A DNA stretch of 63,689 nt, counting the filler, from Octopus bimaculoides (taxonomy: Eukaryota), in the NCBI RefSeq assembly GCF_001194135.2. It is 6 parts of 6 records of this genome, joined end to end, with 100 filler letters (N's around TTAATTAATTAA, not from the genome) between each part and the next. Parts side by side here need not be neighbours in the genome. Positions count along the whole stretch, not along the records: positions 30,227 to 59,908 come from NC_068983.1; positions 60,009 to 62,259 come from NC_068990.1; positions 62,360 to 63,689 come from NC_068993.1; 3 more parts are not named here. One strand, given 5' to 3'. A model generated the notes under the pieces. It did no database searches, was not told the origin of the DNA, and saw nothing but the letters and a program-made list of their open reading frames with translations. Shown here in pieces: positions 51,960 to 63,689 of this stretch. The translations under genes were made by a program, and so were the position numbers. How positions within the stretch are numbered: position 1 is the first letter of the stretch; every line of letters starts with the position of its first letter.

Positions 51960-52652
51960 ATTTTTGCTGTTGTTGTTGTTGTTGTTGTTGTTGTTCTTCT
52001 TCTTCTTCTTCTTCNNNNNNNNNNNNNNNNNNNNNNNNNNNNNNNNNNNNNNNNNNNNNNNNNNNNNNNNNNNNNNNNNNNNNNNNNNNNNNNNNNNNNN
52101 NNNNNNNNNNNNNNNNNNNNNNNNNNNNNNNNNNNNNNNNNNNNNNNNNNNNNNNNNNNNNNNNNNNNNNNNNNNNNNNNNNNNNNNNNNNNNNNNNNNN
52201 NNNNNNNNNNNNNNNNNNNNNNNNNNNNNNNNNNNNNNNNNNNNNNNNNNNNNNNNNNNNNNNNNNNNNNNNNNNNNNNNNNNNNNNNNNNNNNNNNNNN
52301 NNNNNNNNNNNNNNNNNNNNNNNNNNNNNNNNNNNNNNNNNNNNNNNNNNNNNNNNNNNNNNNNNNNNNNNNNNNNNNNNNNNNNNNNNNNNNNNNNNNN
52401 NNNNNNNNNNNNNNNNNNNNNNNNNNNNNNNNNNNNNNNNNNNNNNNNNNNNNNNNNNNNNNNNNNNNNNNNNNNNNNNNNNNNNNNNNNNNNNNNNNNN
52501 NNNNNNNNNNNNNNNNNNNNNNNNNNNNNNNNNNNNNNNNNNNNNNNNNNNNNNNNNNNNNNNNNNNNNNNNNNNNNNNNNNNNNNNNNNNNNNNNNNNN
52601 NNNNNNNNNNNNNNNNNNNNNNNNNNNNNNNNNNNNNNNNNNNNNNNNNNNN

Positions 52653-52688
<36 letters not shown>

Positions 52689-53313
52689 GAGAGAGCATGT
52701 GTGCGCGTGTGTGTTTGTATACATGTATTCTGTGGGACATACCAGTAAATGGCACTTGCACCATTTTGCATTATCATAGAAGGCGATTTAGCTTGCATGT
52801 GACTTCGTTGCAAGTACACGGTACTGCCGAATCACAAAGATAACGGAACATTAATGTCTATAGCTCCTGTAACGGAACCTAATGCGAGTTATCTCGCTTA
52901 TCTATGACTTTCAAGTGTTTTAACATCAAGCGAATTCTCTTACGCCTACAATCGCAGCCTGCCACGAACTGAAAAAACACCTACCTTGTGTATATGTGTG
53001 CGATATTTTTTACGCACGCACACACATACACACATACATATAAACCCACATTTGGATGCATATTTAATATGCATCCATATTCTCGCTTGAAAAACATGGA
53101 TGCATATCGAAGGTAGGCAAAATTATTTTCCTATAATGCTAAGTGCTGAGATGATGACTGTCTTAGTTGGGATTGATCGAAGCCAACTCTAAAGAAGCAA
53201 TTGTATGTACAGATTTGCAAGAGACTCAAGAATGTCACTTAAGTGGACTCCACTCCATTTGTATGGTCAGTGGATGTTGGCCCACTCCTTGAGGAATCCA
53301 TACACCCTTCGTG

Positions 53314-53362
<49 letters not shown>

Positions 53363-54149
53363 ATATATATATATATATANNNNNNNNNNNNNNNNNNNNN
53401 NNNNNNNNNNNNNNNNNNNNNNNNNNNNNNNNNNNNNNNNNNNNNNNNNNNNNNNNNNNNNNNNNNNNNNNNNNNNNNNNNNNNNNNNNNNNNNNNNNNN
53501 NNNNNNNNNNNNNNNNNNNNNNNNNNNNNNNNNNNNNNNNNNNNNNNNNNNNNNNNNNNNNNNNNNNNNNNNNNNNNNNNNNNNNNNNNNNNNNNNNNNN
53601 NNNNNNNNNNNNNNNNNNNNNNNNNNNNNNNNNNNNNNNNNNNNNNNNNNNNNNNNNNNNNNNNNNNNNNNNNNNNNNNNNNNNNNNNNNNNNNNNNNNN
53701 NNNNNNNNNNNNNNNNNNNNNNNNNNNNNNNNNNNNNNNNNNNNNNNNNNNNNNNNNNNNNNNNNNNNNNNNNNNNNNNNNNNNNNNNNNNNNNNNNNNN
53801 NNNNNNNNNNNNNNNNNNNNNNNNNNNNNNNNNNNNNNNNNNNNNNNNNNNNNNNNNNNNNNNNNNNNNNNNNNNNNNNNNNNNNNNNNNNNNNNNNNNN
53901 NNNNNNNNNNNNNNNNNNNNNNNNNNNNNNNNNNNNNNNNNNNNNNNNNNNNNNNNNNNNNNNNNNNNNNNNNNNNNNNNNNNNNNNNNNNNNNNNNNNN
54001 NNNNNNNNNNNNNNNNNNNNNNNNNNNNNNNNNNNNNNNNNNNNNNNNNNNNNNNNNNNNNNNNNNNNNNNNNNNNNNNNNNNNNNNNNNNNNNNNNNNN
54101 NNNNNNNNNNNNNNNNNNNNNNNNNNNNNNNNNNNNNNNNNNNNNNNNN

Positions 54150-56400
<2,251 letters not shown>

Positions 56401-56454
56401 TTCTATGCAGCTTTGAATGCATATATTATTTTTTAATAATTATTTTTGAAAAGC

Positions 56455-56660
56455 AAGGCAGCGAGCTGACCGGATCATTATCACGCCGGGCAAAGTGCTT
56501 AGCGGCATTTCGTCCATGTTCCAGTTCAAATTCAACCGAGTTTCAGTTTCCGTTTTATCTTTCGATAAAATAAGTACCAACTAAGCATTGGGATTGATGT
56601 AATCGACTTACACCCTCCTCAAAATCACTGGCCTTGAGCCTAAAATTTGAAACCAATTGT
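56455..56660 (+). mobile_element. Family-A SINE
   Basis: Head AAGGCAGCGAGCTG, B-box and core. Confidence 0.75.
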
Positions 56661-58125
56661 TCCTGAAAGTATGCCTGAGTGGGTTTGGATATCGTCATAC
56701 ACCTTAACGCGAATATATCCACAGAAACTCGAAAAAAAACATTGTATACTATTTTATGACGTATCCAATAAAATAAGGGCAGCACCTAAAATATTTTCAG
56801 AAGCTCCGTAACCTGTGGGACAGGAGGAAGTTTTGCTCGGACAGACTGGAATTCTCTAAAATAATCTAAGGATCATGTGACAGTATTTAACCTGGTGACG
56901 GATTAACCTACCTCCTTAGAATAGGAGTTATGCCACCAACTTGGCCTCCACAGCAAATTTTACTCATATTATTTTTGGTCAACATGTGGTTATTTTAAAA
57001 TATATTTGCAGAAAGTGCTGCAGAGTTGGGTTGAACTTCTGACAACGTAAATGCGAAGCAAATTTCTTAGCCACACAACTATAAATGCACTATATGAAGG
57101 AGAATCAATAGATCCATCATAATCGAAATGGAGAAGTAACGCTGCAGAAGTCCCGGTGTTATTTCACAGAACACCTGTATATGTGGTGGTTCCAGAGAGA
57201 TGAGCGCTCAAAAGTCTAGCGAAATCTAGAGAAATTTGACCTAGCAACATAAAGGCTGAGAGCAGAACAATGTGTGTGTGTGACATGTAATAAAACACTG
57301 TAGCGGTTCTGCCAGTTTCCCAGCATCTTAAATAAATTAATGAGTAGCAAACATTCATGAGGAACTTATCCGTGAACACTTATTACATGCTAACCAATAA
57401 CGGTAATTTATATATATTTGTCCATATTATCAATTACTGTATTAAGATATCCAATAGAGATCTAATTAAAACAGTAGAACAAACAAGCATCGTAGCTAAA
57501 ATATTCACATCACTTAGAAAGATGCTTGTCGTGAGCAATAAAATGAAATTTGAAATTGAGACATAAGAAAAAGATAAACAAGAAAATATGAAATTAATTG
57601 AAATTAGCACACATTCACACACTCATATACATACATACGTACATACATGCAAATACATACGCCACCCACCCGCTTATTTTAGTAACACTCACATGCACAT
57701 CACGTGGATACATGCATATTGAAATAATGATACTTATAACACTAATTTTGTTTCATTCACTTAAAAATTCGACAGCCAGGCTCGAAAATGAAAGAAACTT
57801 GACTAGACTTAAAGTTATTACTTTAATGAACATTTTGCCTTAAAACATGGTTCGTTCGTATTTATTTATAAATGCAGATATATGATATTACATATAATTG
57901 AACTAGCTTTATATTCGTTCTGCCTCTAAATTTATTGCTGATTTCCACTCTTTCTCTGCCAATCCCTCTTTTATCTTTTTACACACACATACACTCATAT
58001 ATTGTTTCCTACCCCCAGCCCACAAACATATGCAGATATTTGGTTTTAGAAAGTGAGGATAATGTGTGCAATACTTAAAGTAGTGTGTGTTTCTTTGTTT
58101 GTGTGTGTGTGCGTGTGTGTGTCTG

Positions 58126-58172
<47 letters not shown>

Positions 58173-58239
58173 NNNNNNNNNNAGAAAGAAAGAAAGAGAG
58201 AGAAAGAAAGAAAGAAAGAAAGAAAGAAACAATGAATGA

Positions 58240-58279
<40 letters not shown>

Positions 58280-58508
58280 AACAATGAATGAAAGAAAGAA
58301 GGAAAGAGAGAGAGACTAATATCGAACAGCGTGAATGGGTGCTCAACACAGCTTTGGTGAATAAATATTCTTTAATGATGAGAGAACAAGGCTACCAATA
58401 AATTCATGTACAGAGAAATCCCTGAAAAACTATCATCGCTATCAAGTCTATCGTAGGGAATGTTGGTACTCATCCCCTTCTTGGATATACATACATACTT
58501 ACACGCAT

Positions 58509-58574
<66 letters not shown>

Positions 58575-58610
58575 GTGTGTGTGTGTGTGTGTGTGTGCGT
58601 GCGTACATGT

Positions 58611-58644
<34 letters not shown>

Positions 58645-59293
58645 TGATAGATAGATCAAAAGGATGTGTTATAATACTGTTCCATAGCCATACCAAAAAT
58701 CCAACATACCTCCATCATCAGCTGCCCCACGGATATCATTATGGTTTCGACACCTGGGCAGTACTATTCAATCCGGCGGTGTCAACTGCACTAAAATGAG
58801 TGTTGATTGGGAAAAAACAAACCAAAGAAACCACAATAAGTAAATTACAACCACTCCTAAATATGTAACTAAACAGCGACAACTCTATTAAGTCATACAA
58901 AAATTATAATCCCTACCGTCTTCCGTAGTGTAATATGAAAATAAAAGCTTAATAACCACATTATTTCAATCAATCAATATATAGGCAGGATTAAACAATA
59001 ACTTTAATAAAACTACAACAAAGAGACATATAAACCAATGTACATTGTATCAGTATCAGTAGTAAACTGCAATAACTAAATTATATGCTAAATTGCGATC
59101 TATCTTTAAGTCCATATAAATAATAATCCCACCGGTCTTCCATAGATAATAAAAGTTCAAGCCTTATACAATTTTTTTCAAAGCAAAACACCATTGAAAT
59201 TAATTTGGTTAATATTTTCATGAGTGAAATACAAAAGTTAATAATAAAACACTACATACTCATTAATATATCACCACTATAAGTTATGATATT

Positions 59294-59507
59294 CTTTTCT
59301 ACTCTAGGCACAAGGCCCAAAATCTTTGGGGAGGCGGCCAGTCGATTAAATCGACCCCAGTACGCAACTGGTACTTAATTTATCAACCCTGAAAGGATGA
59401 AAGGCAAAGTCGACCTCAGCGGAATTTGAACTTAGACCGTAAAGACAGACGAAATACCTCTCAGCATTTCGTCAGGCGTGCTAACCTTACTGCCAACTCG
59501 CTGCCTT
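59294..59507 (-). mobile_element. Family-A SINE, well preserved
   Basis: Full head, B-box GTTCAAATTCC, core and AGAGTAGAAAAGAATAT tail. Confidence 0.85.
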
Positions 59508-60008
59508 ACTCAAAGTTATAATATTAAATTACCAGTGATTAATATAAACTTAAATTTCATTAAATAGTAACTAATAAAAGTGCTTGTAATTAACTATTAT
59601 TATAAACCTTGCTATGTTCAAAGTTAATTAAACTGATTAAAAGATAATAAAACTACAAGTATTAACATTTACATGTTTAATCAGACACCCTCACCAAAAA
59701 TTTAAAGGGCCAACTAAATATTGATGATATAGTGCGTAATTGCTACCTTCTCAATTGTCTCGTACAAAGCAAATAGCTCGAATCGTAAACCTTCAAATAC
59801 AAATATTTGCTAAGCTGAAGACTAGATATTACCCCATATCTATTTAAAATTTCAAGTTTCCCTCCCAAACAGCGATTAAAAGTTTTAATCAACTTACTAT
59901 ATATATATNNNNNNNNNNNNNNNNNNNNNNNNNNNNNNNNNNNNNNNNNNNNTTAATTAATTAANNNNNNNNNNNNNNNNNNNNNNNNNNNNNNNNNNNN
60001 NNNNNNNN

Positions 60009-60039
<31 letters not shown>

Positions 60040-60482
60040 ATAGAGAGAGAGAGAGATAGATAGATAGGTTGGTTGGTTGGTTTGTAGATAGGTAGGTAGG
60101 TAGGTAGAGGTAGATTGCTAGGTAAGTAGATGGTAGGTAGGTAGGAAGGTAGGTAGGTAGGTAGGTAGGTAGGTACGTAGGTAGATAAATAGGTAGATAG
60201 ATAGATAAATAGATAAATAGATAGATTTTTTAGTGTATGTGTCTGTGCCTAATTATCAGGTAATTATTGTAGGCATCTGATTCATATATTTAGTGTTGTG
60301 GGAATTTTTCCCCATTTGCTTGACCGTTTGATGCTTTTCAAGTTGAACACACTGTTGCCAAACTAATATTCATATAATATTTGGTGATTATTGAGTTTTG
60401 AAAAGCTATCATAGATAATAGATCATGGATTACATATACATGCCTATGTCCAAAACATATATATGATATATCATATGCATAA

Positions 60483-60531
<49 letters not shown>

Positions 60532-60634
60532 TATACAGGTGGGCACATAAGTGCAAAACAAGGTGAAAAAAATAGTACTCGAATACCAAAGGTAGAGTGA
60601 TACACGTTTTATTAAAGCTGCAAAATTATCACAG

Positions 60635-60676
60635 AACTGTTACTCTGAGTTTCACGTTCCCATTCGTCAGACATTT
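60635..60676 (-). ncRNA. Minimal type I hammerhead ribozyme, intact core
   Basis: aaatgt-CTGACGA-ATG(GGAA)CGT-GAAAC-TCAGA-GTA-acagtt. The core, stem II, the near-palindromic stem III and the GUA triplet are present. Confidence 0.75.
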
Positions 60677-60714
60677 ATGATGAAAACTGTCTAAATAATA
60701 ACTGTCTGATGAAC

Positions 60715-60756
60715 AATTGTCTGACGAACAGGAATGTGAAACTCTGAGTAACATTT
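60715..60756 (+). ncRNA. Minimal type I hammerhead ribozyme, intact core
   Basis: aattgt-CTGACGA(60721-60727)-ACA(GGAA)TGT-GAAAC(60738-60742)-TCTGA-GTA(60748-60750)-acattt. Confidence 0.75.
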
Positions 60757-61167
60757 CTGTGATAATTTTGCAGATTTAATAAAAAGTATATATCTATATA
60801 TATATATATGTATATATAGATAAACTTACTTGGAAATGGATGCATGGTGTTCAATCAAATAATAATATAAATAACATATATGTATAATATAAATGATATG
60901 ACATACATACATGCATCCATCTATCCATCCATCCATACATACATACATACATACACACACACATACATACATACATACATACATACATACACACATACAT
61001 AAATACATATGCATATATACATTCATGTATATGTGTTAAAGAGAGATTAAATAGATATGCTAAAGAGACAGCACAAAAATATATGAAATATAGGAAACGC
61101 TGAAAATATCAAGCAAAATATTGTTCTAAATTTATTAAACATCTCTTAACAGAGTTATAAATATAAA

Positions 61168-61397
61168 TTAATCCTTTCATTACTGTATTTATTTTCAGAT
61201 GCTCTGTGTTTCTTTCAATTAATTTTAAATATAACAAAGAATTTAGTAAAATAGCTTAGTTTTCATTAAGCTAGTATTAGGAACATAAATTGTGACTAAG
61301 GTTTGGTGGAAGATTTTAATTTAAAACTTATGAAAACAAGACATTTGTACTACAGAGCCAGAGGCAGTTTCAGCTGGGTTGATATCAAAATGGTTAA
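61168..61397. mobile_element. piggyBac-like MITE
   Basis: TTAA at 61168-61171 and 61394-61397 flanks degenerate CCCTTT-like termini. Confidence 0.5.
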
Positions 61398-62024
61398 ACA
61401 GAGCTACAAATATAGTTAAATGTGTTTGTTATTATTGTCTAAAATATTTATAGTCAACAGTCTGCTCTCCTATTGTTGTGTTGTTGTTGTTGTCATTGTT
61501 GTTGTTATATTCTCAACATCCTTTTACATCCAGTGAATGCAAAGCACCTAACTTCGCCACAATACAATACTGTAAATGCTAACAAATGCACACTTGATAT
61601 TTGTTGGTTCTGTACTGAGTTTGTTTTCGATATTGATTTCTATGAGAAAAAGAAGAAAAACAAAATAAACAACAATTGTCACTTCTAATACACAAAAGGT
61701 AAGATGACAATTCAAAATAAAGTGTACCATATCTGAAGTGGTTTCACCTCATTGGACATGAACAGTTTATGTCCAAAATCTTTCGGAGGGAAGAAAATAA
61801 CTGTAAATGTTTCAGCCAACTATGCTCTACATAACCGCCACCACCACCACCAGCTGAGCCCACATCACTTCCACCAGTGCCCACCACCACTGCTACCACT
61901 ACCACCACCACTAACACCACCATGCCACCATCTGCATTGTTTCGCTGTTGTCTCTTGTTGCTTTCAGCATCACCATGTCATCAGTCAGCCACTATTGCCA
62001 TCACTACTACTACTACTACTACTA

Positions 62025-62075
<51 letters not shown>

Positions 62076-62467
62076 GCTGCTGCTGCTACTGCTGCTGCTG
62101 CTGCTGCTGTTACATACATACGTAAATCATGCCAGTATGGAACACAGACATTGATGATGATGATGATATATATATATATATATATGTACATATATGTATG
62201 TCTATATATATACATATACACACACATATATAAACGTATATACATACATATACATATGTNNNNNNNNNNNNNNNNNNNNNNNNNNNNNNNNNNNNNNNNN
62301 NNNTTAATTAATTAANNNNNNNNNNNNNNNNNNNNNNNNNNNNNNNNNNNNNNNNNNNNTATATATATATATTCTCCTTCTTCTTCTCCTCCTCCTCCTC
62401 CTCCTCATCATCATCATCGTCATCATCATCAATGTCAGCCATTGCGTACGCTGTAGCATGATACAGC

Positions 62468-62520
62468 TATATATAAGGCAGGATTCATTGTATATTAACA
62501 TTGATTACTTATGGTGAGTT
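62468..62520 (+). promoter_or_regulatory. Possible TATA box + short first exon (ATG|GTGAGT)
   Basis: TATATATAAG at 62468, ATG at 62511-62513, and a consensus donor GTGAGT at 62514. Motif-level evidence only. Confidence 0.25.
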
Positions 62521-62837
62521 ATTTTCTTTAAGTCATTTAAAAAAAACATTTAGGATGAGGGAATTATTAAATATGGCGATGTTAAGAAGGGATTTTAAAT
62601 AATCTGATATAGAGCAATGTGGTGTTGTATCGTATAATGAAGTAGCTACTAGCTGAGCTTAAGTTAATAAATAATAGAAATTATAAAGGTAGATAATATT
62701 TCATTATGTGTTAAATCCAGGACCACAATAGAGAGTATGATTCTTCGTGTTAAATTGTTATGCGTTAGTCTGTTCACTGAAAGCTCACATTTAACATTAT
62801 AAAATGTGTGTGTCGTCGTTCACGCTGGTAGAGGGAG

Positions 62838-62932
62838 GCAAACAACAAATGGAGTGGGAGTGATTGACAGTTAGAGCTGCTAAATGCAAGCGAACTCAGC
62901 AGTCGCTGTGCAAATTTTTATCATAAATCATA
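62838..62932. promoter_or_regulatory. Candidate TALE/Hox enhancer (Pbx-Meis + Pbx-Hox motifs)
   Basis: TGATTGACAG at 62861-62870, and TGATTTATGA on the minus strand at 62921-62930, in non-repeat sequence. Confidence 0.4.
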
Positions 62933-63432
62933 TTTATTTTAACAATTCCATACATGCAGGTATAAATATATGCCAAATTAAATATTACACACTTTTGTTT
63001 TCAAAATATCGCTCGCGTAACATTTATAAATCATAATGTATTTCTTTCTTGTAGTCAGACACTAACCTTTATTTCGTTTTCCAAGTAAAGGATAACATAT
63101 TCACTCGCTCATGCAGACACGCACACACATATTTATATATGCACATGCAGCGATGTATATATAAATATTCCTATGTAAGTATGAGTGTATGTGTGAGGGA
63201 AAGTTTTTAGGAGGTTAGCTTTGAAAGTTGCATTCCGTTGCGATCGGTAAAAATGTGCTTATTTTGGTAGTTTTGACTTATGGAGTTCCTCTAAGCGTGA
63301 GGCATTATTGTATAGTAATGCCCTTATATAAATTAAATTATATATGTTTATGGAAAAAAATGATGGTTGTTTTTTTCCTTATGAGGTTTTTTCACGCTAA
63401 CTACTTGATAAATTCTTATAAAGTTTTTATCC

Positions 63433-63463
<31 letters not shown>

Positions 63464-63689
63464 GTTAATTCTCTAAATGAAGTATTAACAGTAACTGCAC
63501 GATAAAGTGTAGTATATTGCCACTTAAGTGTGGCTGACCCCTAGGGGTGGATGTTACTGTTGCTTTTAGCCCCAGGAGGACATCTCCTCCAGCTGGCTTA
63601 TCGACACACGACTGTGTCCTGTTTGCCAAGGGAAGTTATCCCTCTCACCTCGATCTGCAGCACGAACGTATCCGGATTTCAGGGTTATT

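Larger units (their letters stand above)
60525..60790. mobile_element. Inverted Penelope pseudo-LTR pair (palindrome)
   Basis: Arms 60608-60673 and 60718-60783 are reverse complements with ~6 mismatches. Each carries a hammerhead. Confidence 0.8.

Noticed and set aside
56680-57180. Tc1-like relic (FLW.YI.VKVY-like stretch, TACAGGTG end)
   Set aside because: Too degraded to support boundaries or a family call without a profile search.
61525-61705. Exon between the catccag acceptor and the AAG|GTAAGA donor
   Set aside because: The frames I checked hit stops before the donor, and no peptide is recognisable.

Overview
This is repeat-dominated, AT-rich animal nuclear DNA from a gapped draft scaffold. 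It is most likely octopus: a mitochondrial insert has the trnL1-trnL2-nad1 order with a cephalopod-like ND1, and the window has abundant tRNA-derived SINEs and TA/CA/TAA microsatellites. I found no convincing host protein-coding gene, so the window looks intergenic or intronic. Identifiable content: a both-ends-intact non-autonomous Helitron carrying a ~195-bp tandem array; RTE LINEs (one with a PHD finger just after the RT core); R4/Dong-type RLE retroelements that consistently sit in (TAA)n/(CAA)n arrays; Tx1- and CR1-like LINE relics; Penelope-like elements (RT, GIY-YIG, and pseudo-LTRs with hammerhead ribozymes, one family with a tRNA-like Pol III head); several Tc1/mariner relics; a piggyBac-like MITE; about 25 SINE copies; and a NUMT nested inside a SINE. 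The best leads are the two intact-core hammerheads in an inverted palindrome at ~60.6-60.8 kb, the inverted tRNA-head + TAA + hammerhead pLTR locus at 26.1-27.3 kb with nested insertions in both arms, and a Pbx/Meis/Hox motif cluster near 62.9 kb. All calls were made by eye. Family names need confirmation against Dfam/Repbase, and many boundaries are approximate (about +/-10-30 nt).
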